A stretch of 64,000 bases of DNA, taken from an uncultured Spirochaetales bacterium (GTDB taxonomy: Bacteria > Spirochaetota > Spirochaetia > CAZAKE01). The notes below the pieces were generated by a model that was not told the origin of the DNA, searched no databases, and was given only the letters and a program-made list of their open reading frames with translations. The stretch is taken from assembly GCA_964485495.1 (NCBI GenBank), contig CAZAKE010000001.1:7906-71905 (forward strand), read 5' to 3'. Both the position numbers and the translations under genes were made by a program. This document shows positions 7,821-16,703 of this stretch, in pieces. Positions within the stretch are counted from its first letter, which is position 1, and each line of letters begins with the position of its first letter.

Positions 7821-9215
7821 GTGAATACGCCAAGCGACGATACGGACGTAGGTTGCACCGCTCCGGATATTCTCATCCCCCACACATCCGTGGACCATCG
7901 GAAGTGGGCGGTAATCGCATGCGATCAGTATACCTCAGACCCGGAGTATTGGGATACCATAGAATCGATCGTCGGAGACAACCCCTCCACTCTCCGACTC
8001 ATAATTCCCGAGGCGCACCTTCCACGTGTGGATGAGGAACGAGCGGCCGAGGAGATCGAATTGTGGATGCGGAGGTATATAGAGGACGGCACCCTCGTGT
8101 CCCTACCAAGCTGCCCGGTTCTCGTACGGCGCCATCCGGCTTCCGGGAGGGGACCGATCCGAAACGGACTAATGACAACACTGGACCTCGAACACTACGA
8201 CTACCGTCCGGGATCGGCCTCACTGATACGGGCTACCGAGAAGACCATCGTCGAACGGCTGCCCGCACGCATGGCGGTACGCCGGAACGTCCCGCTGGAG
8301 GTCCCGCATATCCTCGTCTTCATCGACGACCCGGCGGGTACCGTCATCGAACCGCTGGTTGCCGACCGAGATTCGAGGGCACCGGATAGCGGTTCTACGA
8401 CTGCGGGAGGTTCGGCACCCTCACCCCTCTACGATTTCGATCTCATGGCCGGAGGCGGACACATCAGCGGATATCGGGTCTCACCCACCGAATGGAAGAG
8501 GGTCCTGTCGGCACTCGATGGACTCATAGAGGGCCGGCCGGAAGGCGGTTCATCCATGCGGGGCAGCGGAGGCGCCTCGGGTGCACTATTCGCCGTCGGT
8601 GACGGCAATCACTCGTTGGCGGCGGCTAAGGCGGTATGGGAGGAAAAGAAAGCCGCAGGCGCGAGTTCGAATCACCCGGCCAGGTGGGCGATGGTGGAGG
8701 TCTGCAACATCTACGACCCGGCGATCGTTCTCCATCCGATCCATCGGGTCCTGTTCGATGTCGATCCGCAGGAGTGTATCAGATTCCTGACCAAATCTCG
8801 ACACCTCTCCTTCCGCCGGCTTCCGCCGGAGAGGCTCGAAGTGGAGATAGAATCTTCCGGCGATGCCCATACGGTCGGTCTCATCGCCGGATCAATTTCG
8901 GGTGTGCTGTCACATTCATCACCGAGTCAACCCACGGTATGCGGCACCGTGCAGCCGCCCATAGACGATTTCCTGCAAACCTGCCCGGCGGCGAGGATAG
9001 ATTACATCCATGAGGCGGCGCAGGTCCGACGACTCGGCCTGAATGCCGACACGGTCGGTCTCATCTTCCCTGTAATCGAGAAACGGCAGATATTCTCGGT
9101 CATCGAACAGAACACGGTTTTCCCGAGAAAGACCTTCTCAATCGGAACGTCGACCGAGAAGCGATATTACCTGGAATGCCGCAGAATCCAACCATCTTCG
9201 GAATATATATCCTAA
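7821..9215 (+). CDS. DUF1015 family protein
   Basis: WAVIACDQYTS, PSTLRLIIPE, IRATEKT, RLPARM, PLYDFDLM.GGGHI.GY, FAVGDGNHSLAAAK, HPIHRV, FPRKTFSIG. Start may be 7812 or 7821. Confidence 0.85.
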   Translation: MNTPSDDTDVGCTAPDILIPHTSVDHRKWAVIACDQYTSDPEYWDTIESIVGDNPSTLRLIIPEAHLPRVDEERAAEEIELWMRRYIEDGTLVSLPSCPVLVRRHPASGRGPIRNGLMTTLDLEHYDYRPGSASLIRATEKTIVERLPARMAVRRNVPLEVPHILVFIDDPAGTVIEPLVADRDSRAPDSGSTTAGGSAPSPLYDFDLMAGGGHISGYRVSPTEWKRVLSALDGLIEGRPEGGSSMRGSGGASGALFAVGDGNHSLAAAKAVWEEKKAAGASSNHPARWAMVEVCNIYDPAIVLHPIHRVLFDVDPQECIRFLTKSRHLSFRRLPPERLEVEIESSGDAHTVGLIAGSISGVLSHSSPSQPTVCGTVQPPIDDFLQTCPAARIDYIHEAAQVRRLGLNADTVGLIFPVIEKRQIFSVIEQNTVFPRKTFSIGTSTEKRYYLECRRIQPSSEYIS

Positions 9216-9340
9216 GCAGAACCCATTCGGGATTCCTCCGGCGGATCTCTCCAAAAATCTTTTCCGGGATCCGGTTGGAAGGAAGTGAAGGCTTCGCCTT
9301 TTGGCCGGCTTTCCTGGTACATGGAGGATACAAAACCGCT

Positions 9341-9907
9341 TCAGCTCAGAAAGGAGTCCGGTATCCGGACTGCACCGGATCGAAGCACGGAATAGGGAGT
9401 ACGGGCGAGGTCCAGGATGGTGGACGGAACGGCTTCCGGCAGATCGCCTGCGGTGACGAGGAGGTCCACCAGATCGCCAAACTCCGCGACGATGGTATCG
9501 ACGGACCGCGAATACGGTCGGCCCTCACGGTTGACACTCGTCGAATAGAGCGGCTTGTCCAGTCTACCGAGTAACCGCAGGAGAAACGGACTGTCGGGCA
9601 TGCGGAGGGCCACGGTACCACCCGAATAGGTCGGCACTATCAGCGTGAGTGGCCCGGGCCACAGTCGGAGGATCTCATCCGGTATCTTCAGACCGGAGTA
9701 GGCCGTAATATCCCGACTTCCGATCAAACGAATATATGGTTTGTCCGAGCTCCGGCCCTTGATATCGCGGATCCTCCGCTCCGTCTCGGGAGCCTTGCCT
9801 ACGATGCCGTATATCGTATCACACGGTACGATGGCGACACCGTGAGAGTCGAGTAGATCGAAAGTGACGTCGTGGACCGTAGCGTCGTCTACATCGAGAA
9901 TCTTCAC
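9341..9907 (-). CDS. tsaC: L-threonylcarbamoyl-AMP synthase (YrdC/Sua5 family, short form)
   Basis: PCDTIYG, IKGRSSDKP, WPGPLTL, VALRMP, STSVN, PSTILD. GTG start inferred from a GTGA overlap with the upstream stop. Confidence 0.92.
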   Translation of the reverse strand: MKILDVDDATVHDVTFDLLDSHGVAIVPCDTIYGIVGKAPETERRIRDIKGRSSDKPYIRLIGSRDITAYSGLKIPDEILRLWPGPLTLIVPTYSGGTVALRMPDSPFLLRLLGRLDKPLYSTSVNREGRPYSRSVDTIVAEFGDLVDLLVTAGDLPEAVPSTILDLARTPYSVLRSGAVRIPDSFLS

Positions 9908-10398
9908 CTCGATCCCCGCGAATTTCCGGGGAACGAGGTGAGGAGAAAGCCGACGAGTGCCGCGAGTACGCATGCAGTCGCTCGAATGAAGCCGGAGAAG
10001 GGCATATACGGGCGTGGTTTCTCGAGGATGGAGCCGATCCTGTGCGAGATCATGCCGGTCTCGAGTCCTTCGATCCTCACGACACGCTCTCCCGGCCGGT
10101 AATACCCCAGAGATCGCGCGGCCAGCGCGATCGGCTCCGAATCACTCCGTAGTGCTTCCAGCTGTTCGGTGAGGATTCCGTTTCGCTCCGACAACTGGAT
10201 ACTGTTATCACGCAGTCTGTCGCGATAGGCCAACAATCTCTTCGTCGCCTCGGTTCCATCGGGACCCCATGCAAACGTGAGTACGGCATGTACGACGAAG
10301 GCACAATACAGCGCCAGGAGTAATCTGTACCCAATTTTCACGGTCGGTTTGCCCCGATTGCTCTCAGGCGTTCGCTCCGGATCGTCGCCATTATTCAA
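9904..10398 (-). CDS. Septum formation initiator family protein (FtsB/DivIC-like)
   Basis: TM helix followed by GPDG, a coiled coil, then LRSDSEPIALAARSLGYYRPGE. Start uncertain (possibly GTG 10341). Confidence 0.8.
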   Translation of the reverse strand: MNNGDDPERTPESNRGKPTVKIGYRLLLALYCAFVVHAVLTFAWGPDGTEATKRLLAYRDRLRDNSIQLSERNGILTEQLEALRSDSEPIALAARSLGYYRPGERVVRIEGLETGMISHRIGSILEKPRPYMPFSGFIRATACVLAALVGFLLTSFPGNSRGSR

Positions 10399-10697
10399 GA
10401 CCTCGTTGTATCTTCGTTCGATTCAATCTTCTACTTCAGAATAACGGATTAATTTGGAGATCCATTTAGCGAAAAGCGCCGTTCATCGGGGGTATCCGCA
10501 CCCGTATCGGTATTCACCTCCCCCGATTCCCCTGAGCCTCCCCTTCCACGGTGGAGTTTCAATAGTTTTCAGAAATGCTATTGTGTCCAGGGGGATTTTT
10601 ACCGAAACATATGGTAGGAATTGTTCGCATGACCTATACTTGTAATGGGAGCATCGGACGAATTAGAGATAAATACCGCAAATATCCGTCACCGGAG

Positions 10698-10725
10698 TTA
10701 ATGGTAGATTGAATTTTACCGAAAT
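10698..10725 (+). promoter_or_regulatory. Possible sigma28 (FliA)-like promoter TTAA-N16-ACCGAAAT
   Basis: Resembles the TAAA/TTAA-N15/16-GCCGATAA consensus; lies 31 nt upstream of the acidic protein start. Confidence 0.35.
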
Positions 10726-10756
10726 ATTCAGTATCGTGACCATGTAGGAGAGAAGG

Positions 10757-13700
10757 ATGTCCAGTGAAAACCAAAGAGATCCGGAACTTGATTCGATAGA
10801 AGACGACCTGGACCTTGAGAGCCTTCCGGAGGAAACAAATCTTGATCAAGATCTTGATTTGGACCTTGATTCAGCGTCGGAAGATACCGACGAATCCGAT
10901 CTCGAACAGTACGGCGTGTGGGTCAAGGTGGGACCGGAGGACATCCTCGATAGCGATGAACTCGAGGGTGAGGAATCCGATTTCGATTTAGCGGATCTGG
11001 AGGATTCATCCGAGAAAAAGGGGGCGCTCCTCACCGAGGAGGAGGAGGAGCTTCTCGGAAGCCTCGAAGGCGAACTCTCATCGGAAGATTTCCTGGAGGA
11101 TATCCAAGAAGATACGGAATCGATCCAATCCCTCGAACTCCCTGAAGAAGAAGAGGAAGGAGAAGAGGAAGGAGAAGACCAGGTAACCGACGATTCCGAT
11201 ACATCGCCGGCCTTCGAAGATGAAGACGACTTCGATATGCCCGATATTCCCGATCTCGATGACGACATGCAGGATTTTGATTTAGAAGTCGAAGAAGTAG
11301 AAACAGCCGACACCGACATAGATACCATAGAATCAGAAGTAGAAAGCCAAGAACCGGTAGACCAGATCGAAGAGGCCGGGGCGGAAGAGTTACCGGATGA
11401 ATCCTCGGCAGCCGAGGCAACCGCTGATGTCGTCTCCGATACCGAGTCCACCGATTCTACCGAGGAGATGGATTTCGACCTTGACATCGAAGATATCGAA
11501 GAGAGCGACCTGGAAGAGCAATCACTCGAGACAGAGGAAGAATCTGAAGATCTCGAGGAGGTTTCCTTAGACGATTTCATCGCCGATACCGAGACATCCA
11601 TCGACGAAACCTCGATCGATGAGCCGTCTGGCGGATTGGAAGAAATGGATTTGCAGGAGGAGGGAGAGGACATCTTCGACGTACCCGTAGAGGAGATCGA
11701 TTCTCTCGACCTCGAATCTGCGGAATCCTCGGAGGAAGCCTTCGGCGATCTGTCGGTCGAAGAGCTCGAAGAGGAAGAACTCGAGGAGATAGATATCGAC
11801 GCACTCGATGGATCGGAGGCGGCGGACGAGTCTTCTGAGCCGGAAATTGATTCTGAGCCGGAAATTGATATAGAAGAGATTGGAGACGAGGACGAGATTG
11901 GCGAGATGGAATCCGAACCACTCGATCTCGACATCGACGATGAGGAACTCGCCTCACTCGACGAGGAGCTGGAGAGTCTCGACCGTGAATTGGATAGCCT
12001 CGGCGACGACTCGGAAGTTCAGGAAACCGCCGATACCGACCTCGACGATGGGGAATTGGCCTTAGAGGATATCGAAGAGATCGAAGGACTCGATTCTCCG
12101 GAGGAACCCGCGTCCGCCGAACCCGAAGAGGCGGAACTCGAAATTGTGGATTTCGACTCGGACGATGACACGGAAGAAGAAGATTCTATAGGAATACCGG
12201 AAGCCGAGGAGACTGCCGAGGAATTACCGGAGATCGACCTCGACACATTGGAGGAACCGGAGGGCGAACCGGAACCGATAGAATTCGAAGCGGATGAGTT
12301 TACCTCAGACGACATCGAAGAGGTTGATCTTTCGGATATCGATGAAACCATCGATGAAACCATCGAAGAGAACATCGAAGAAGAACTCGATATGGAAACA
12401 GCGGAAGACCACCCCGAACACCCGGCGGTGGAATCCGCAACCGCGGAACCCGAGGCAGAACCCGAGAAAGAAGCACCGTCTCAGGACAGATCCTCAGAAA
12501 TCCTTGGGAAAATTGAACAGGAACTACTCGCCATCAAAGGCGAATTATCTTCACTCAAGCTGGAATTGTCTCACCTCAAGCAACCGGAAGAGGCGGAAGT
12601 GGCTCCATCGGATGAAGGGGATGAAGAGGCCGCCGCAGGGTTCTTCGACGAGGACGATGACGAGACGATCGCACTCACCGGGGATGAGTTGGATAACATA
12701 CTCAACACAGCCGATATAACGGAAGAGGCGGGAGAGGCGAGCGAGGCCCCGGAAGATCTCATGCTGGACCAGGAGATGGGGCTCATATTCGATCAGGAAT
12801 CATCTCAGACCGAAGAGGCGACGACCCTCAAGGAAGAGGTTCCCGGCGAGGATATCGATGATGGCCCGTTGAGTGATCGGGCGGACATCATTCCCGCAAC
12901 CGGTGATGATGAGAGCGCCCAGGATTCAGCAGACACCGATCTTGATACTGATGCGGACCTCTTGGAAGATCAACCCGATTTTCTGGAAACCGAACCAGAT
13001 ACGGAAGAACTCGATCTGTCCGACCTCGAGTTTGAAACTCCCGATGAGGGATCCGAGCCGGAGGTTGACGACGCACTCCTCTCCGAATTCGCTGAAGAAC
13101 CTGCCATTGAGATTGAATCCGAAGAGGCGGAAGCGGATGAAGCGGATATAGTCGACGAGATGGAGATCGATATTCCGGTTACCGGATCTCCGCAACCCGA
13201 TGAGCCCCCCGTCAAGTCGAGCGAGTCGGATCAATCCGTAACTGACGATTCTGAAGATACGGAAATCTCGACAGAAGACGTAGATATTTCGGATTTCGAC
13301 AGTATCGAGTTTGAGGATCTCCCCGAAGAGAGCGCAGAGGAAGAGGAGTCTGAGCTTGAGCTTCCTGAGGAGGAATTCGTCCTCGAAGAAACCGTCGAAG
13401 CAACAGAGGAACCGGATACTGCATCTGATGCGACCATTGTCGACTCGGATGAGATCGAGTTAGATATTCAATCTTTAGAAGATCTTGAAGAGATACAAGA
13501 AGAGAAAGAGAAAGAGGAAGAAGAATTCATCGATCTGACCTTCGAAGAAGAAAACGAAGATGACGGCCTGACGACACTCGATATCGATGCTGATGACTTG
13601 AAGTTGGGATCGGAACAGGACCATTCCGAAGAACCCGACGAGGTCGTTCTTGAAGCGGAGGAGGCCGAGGAACCGGAAGAGCTTCCGGCACAGGATGAGG

Positions 13701-13921
13701 AGATGGAGTTCGGATCGGCTCTTTCAGAAGAAGGAGTCGAGGGGGATGAGGAAGCCGACTCGGAAATACCGGATCCGCTCAAGAGCGAATTACGATCTGT
13801 GTTGAGCTATATGGACCAGCTTCTCGAAGCCTTGCCCGAAGAGAAGATCGAAGAGTTTGCCAACTCCGAACATTTCGACGTATATAAACGGCTCTTCGAG
13901 GAACTCGGTCTCCGTAGCTGA
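10757..13921 (+). CDS. Very large, extremely acidic, low-complexity hypothetical protein (1054 aa)
   Basis: SD AGGAG. D/E-dominated and almost K/R-free except for four ordered islands: YGVWVK, a coiled coil, FFDEDDDETIALTGDELDNIL and a C-terminal helical domain. Confidence 0.9.
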   Translation: MSSENQRDPELDSIEDDLDLESLPEETNLDQDLDLDLDSASEDTDESDLEQYGVWVKVGPEDILDSDELEGEESDFDLADLEDSSEKKGALLTEEEEELLGSLEGELSSEDFLEDIQEDTESIQSLELPEEEEEGEEEGEDQVTDDSDTSPAFEDEDDFDMPDIPDLDDDMQDFDLEVEEVETADTDIDTIESEVESQEPVDQIEEAGAEELPDESSAAEATADVVSDTESTDSTEEMDFDLDIEDIEESDLEEQSLETEEESEDLEEVSLDDFIADTETSIDETSIDEPSGGLEEMDLQEEGEDIFDVPVEEIDSLDLESAESSEEAFGDLSVEELEEEELEEIDIDALDGSEAADESSEPEIDSEPEIDIEEIGDEDEIGEMESEPLDLDIDDEELASLDEELESLDRELDSLGDDSEVQETADTDLDDGELALEDIEEIEGLDSPEEPASAEPEEAELEIVDFDSDDDTEEEDSIGIPEAEETAEELPEIDLDTLEEPEGEPEPIEFEADEFTSDDIEEVDLSDIDETIDETIEENIEEELDMETAEDHPEHPAVESATAEPEAEPEKEAPSQDRSSEILGKIEQELLAIKGELSSLKLELSHLKQPEEAEVAPSDEGDEEAAAGFFDEDDDETIALTGDELDNILNTADITEEAGEASEAPEDLMLDQEMGLIFDQESSQTEEATTLKEEVPGEDIDDGPLSDRADIIPATGDDESAQDSADTDLDTDADLLEDQPDFLETEPDTEELDLSDLEFETPDEGSEPEVDDALLSEFAEEPAIEIESEEAEADEADIVDEMEIDIPVTGSPQPDEPPVKSSESDQSVTDDSEDTEISTEDVDISDFDSIEFEDLPEESAEEEESELELPEEEFVLEETVEATEEPDTASDATIVDSDEIELDIQSLEDLEEIQEEKEKEEEEFIDLTFEEENEDDGLTTLDIDADDLKLGSEQDHSEEPDEVVLEAEEAEEPEELPAQDEEMEFGSALSEEGVEGDEEADSEIPDPLKSELRSVLSYMDQLLEALPEEKIEEFANSEHFDVYKRLFEELGLRS

Positions 13922-13935
13922 TGTTATACGAGTAG

Positions 13936-15042
13936 ATGAGTAGTCCGGCAACCGACGGCACACACGGATTATTCGAGAGAGCTCGACGCCTTCGAGAAGC
14001 TCTCAACACGCAGCCACCCACGCAGATGGACAAACAACCGTGTCCACAATCGGGCACTCGGTCCGTCACGACGCTGCCCGCGAAGAATACCATCGAGGTC
14101 GAACCGAATTCACCGCAAACGCCATCGTTACGGTTAGACGTCGATACGGTTCTAGAACAGGTGAAGGCCCTACGTCCCGGACAAGACCCAGCGATCCCAC
14201 TTTTCACGATACTCCGATCGGTATTTTCCGTGAAAAAGGGCGCGTTCCTCCTGCCCCAGACGATACCACGGAGTCCGGACGAGGCGGTATTGCTACCGTA
14301 CGCAGTCAGGGGATACGACGAAACGACAAAAACCCGTCTCCGTCTTCCGGTCTCTCGTTTCGGACAAACTCGATTGATCACCGGGGACGGACTCACCGCG
14401 ATGCGGCCATATTTCTCGATGCGGGAATATGACATGCTCCGGAGGGTGGTATGTATCCCCTTTCGTGACGGGAGAACCGTACTCGGATGTTGTCTCATCA
14501 GCGATCCGGCACTCACCCAAGATCAGTTTGCCCAACTCGAACAGTTCCTGCGACACACACACGACTCGATTTCTTCCTACCTCGCTTCCTGTATTCCGAA
14601 CAGACTGCGAGAAGGACACCGACCGAGGATATCCCACCATCCGGCGTTGCACGAGATCGTCGAATCGGTCTCCCGACTGGCCGGCTCGCTTTCGAATCGG
14701 GGGAATCGTCTCCTATTGTTGAAGATCCGGATAGACAACCTGATAGATTCGGTCTGCCGGATCTCGCCGGATGCGGTCCCGTTCAGGGTTCGAGAGGAGA
14801 TCTATGGCCTCCTCGACAGGATGGTATCGGGCGTAGGGGAGATGTTCATCTTCGATACAGGATCGGTACTCCTGGCAATCACGTTTCGCTCCGTCGGGAG
14901 GCCCGAAATGTTTGTACACCAGATCAGAGGAGCCGTCGGCAGGATGTATTCCGCGGAGGTTCCGATGCCTGATTATCAGACCGGGTTGGTCTCAGGTTCG
15001 GACTCGGAGATCTCGACATTGGTCACGGATCTAACCAGTTGA
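13936..15042 (+). CDS. Hypothetical protein, GAF-like domain plus degenerate GGDEF-like C-terminus
   Basis: KGAFLL...PYAVRGYD...VVCIPF...LGCCLISD looks like a GAF pattern. The C-terminal alpha/beta unit lacks GG[DE]EF. Fold calls are by eye. Confidence 0.55.
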   Translation: MSSPATDGTHGLFERARRLREALNTQPPTQMDKQPCPQSGTRSVTTLPAKNTIEVEPNSPQTPSLRLDVDTVLEQVKALRPGQDPAIPLFTILRSVFSVKKGAFLLPQTIPRSPDEAVLLPYAVRGYDETTKTRLRLPVSRFGQTRLITGDGLTAMRPYFSMREYDMLRRVVCIPFRDGRTVLGCCLISDPALTQDQFAQLEQFLRHTHDSISSYLASCIPNRLREGHRPRISHHPALHEIVESVSRLAGSLSNRGNRLLLLKIRIDNLIDSVCRISPDAVPFRVREEIYGLLDRMVSGVGEMFIFDTGSVLLAITFRSVGRPEMFVHQIRGAVGRMYSAEVPMPDYQTGLVSGSDSEISTLVTDLTS

Positions 15043-16703
15043 GCTGTTCTTTTCACGCATCAAAATCGGGAGCCACATACGCGATACAGGATGGAATCCG
15101 CCTACACTCTAGTTACGACCCGAGAAAGGAGGCATCTCGGTTCGTCGAAGGGGAGTTGTCGTCGGCTTCCACGAAGACCGTAATCGTGATCGGTGCCGGT
15201 TTCAGATACGTGGAAGAGGCGATCGTTACAATGTACCCCGGAACCAGGGTACTCTCCTTCGAGTGCAGCCGTGATTTTGCCAATCGGCACGCGGACAGAC
15301 AGCAGACGAACGAGAAAAAGGCGAAATCCGCCATCTGGTATCCCGGCGGTCATGAAACACCGGCAACCTTCTTACGACGACAACTCGACGAACTGTCGAC
15401 GGTAGGAATACGGATACTCGAATGGCCCGCGAGTATAAGAGCGTTTCCCTCTGAAGTCGCGCGGATTCGCGAAAGTATCGCAATTTTCCTGCGGGAGACC
15501 AACGGCAACATAATGACCGTCTCAAAATTCGGCAGGCGGTGGATCCACAACACCCTCGTTAACGCCTTATCCGCGGAAAATCCGCAGACTATTTCCGGTG
15601 TAGAAGGACCGGTATTCATCGCGGCGTCCGGGAGTTCTTTGGCATCCTGTCTGTCTTTTCTTACCCGGCATCGACACAGAATCTCTCTCTGGGCATTGCC
15701 GTCATCTCTCCGCTTCCTCGAGGAGCACAACCTTACCCCCGATATTATCGTTGCCACCGATGCAGGATATTACGCTTCGGTGCACCTGCGGTTTCCATCA
15801 CAACACCCAATTCGGATTGCAATGCCGATCACGGCCGCTCCGCCCCCTCCGACTTCGGAGATTGTCTTGTTCAGGCAAGATACGGTACCGGAAGCACTGA
15901 TATTCGAAGGTCGGTCTATGAAACCCGATGAATCGGATATTGTGAGTATTCCCGAAAACGGTACGGTAGCCGGAACCGCCCTACAGATCGCCGTTCGGTC
16001 GGGTGCCCATTCCGTGATATTCGGTGGTCTCGATCTATGTATACAAGGTTTGATAGCACACGTCCGCCCCCACTCCTTCGATGAGATCCTGTTTACGGCG
16101 ACCGGAAGGCTCAAGCCGCTCCCATCGGTTCTGGCTGCACGCATGATAGCTGCCGGCGGATACCATATTCACGAAGACTGTGTCGTAACCGCTCCCCTGC
16201 GAACCTTTCACGGCTGGTTCGATCGGTTCTGTGCGTCGGCACCGATCCCGATCTACCGACTCAATCCATCACCTATCGATGTCACGGGAACCATACCGGT
16301 AGATCCGGACTCGGTGGACGGGATCTTCCAGGACGCGCCGTTACCCCGCTTTGCCATGAAAACACCGGTGACATATCCGAAATCAGAGATGATTCCGGAC
16401 AGGATCGACCAGGTCCTCGGACGCTGGGCCAATGACGTGCGGCAGTCGGCACTCACTGCGTGGGATGAATTTTGCTACAACGCCGATACCACACCGTACA
16501 CCCGACCGAACACACGCCGATATCCCCTCGATCTCATTCGATACTGGGACTATCCCGGCCTACTCGACGCGTATCGCAGAACAATCAATGAAGGGTTCGA
16601 AACGGGACGACGACATGTACGGGAGGTAGCCGATAGATGCTCGATAGAACTCATCGACGTACAGGAGAGGGTACGCAATGCCCGCCGACAGTCAGATACT
16701 TGA
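15039..16703 (+). CDS. Maf/DUF115 (MptE-like) family protein, putative flagellin glycosyltransferase, copy 1
   Basis: LHSSYDPRKEA, VIGAG, FGRRWIHNTLVN, FIAASGSSL, PDIIVATD, NGTV, FGGLDL. TTG start overlaps the upstream stop (TTGA). Confidence 0.8.
   Translation: MSCSFHASKSGATYAIQDGIRLHSSYDPRKEASRFVEGELSSASTKTVIVIGAGFRYVEEAIVTMYPGTRVLSFECSRDFANRHADRQQTNEKKAKSAIWYPGGHETPATFLRRQLDELSTVGIRILEWPASIRAFPSEVARIRESIAIFLRETNGNIMTVSKFGRRWIHNTLVNALSAENPQTISGVEGPVFIAASGSSLASCLSFLTRHRHRISLWALPSSLRFLEEHNLTPDIIVATDAGYYASVHLRFPSQHPIRIAMPITAAPPPPTSEIVLFRQDTVPEALIFEGRSMKPDESDIVSIPENGTVAGTALQIAVRSGAHSVIFGGLDLCIQGLIAHVRPHSFDEILFTATGRLKPLPSVLAARMIAAGGYHIHEDCVVTAPLRTFHGWFDRFCASAPIPIYRLNPSPIDVTGTIPVDPDSVDGIFQDAPLPRFAMKTPVTYPKSEMIPDRIDQVLGRWANDVRQSALTAWDEFCYNADTTPYTRPNTRRYPLDLIRYWDYPGLLDAYRRTINEGFETGRRHVREVADRCSIELIDVQERVRNARRQSDT

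Noticed and set aside
10846-13782. Ser-rich minus-strand ORFs (e.g. 10846-11934, 362 aa)
   Set aside because: Reverse complements of GAA/GAT/GAG/GAC codons in the acidic gene read as Ser, Ile and Leu; an artefact.
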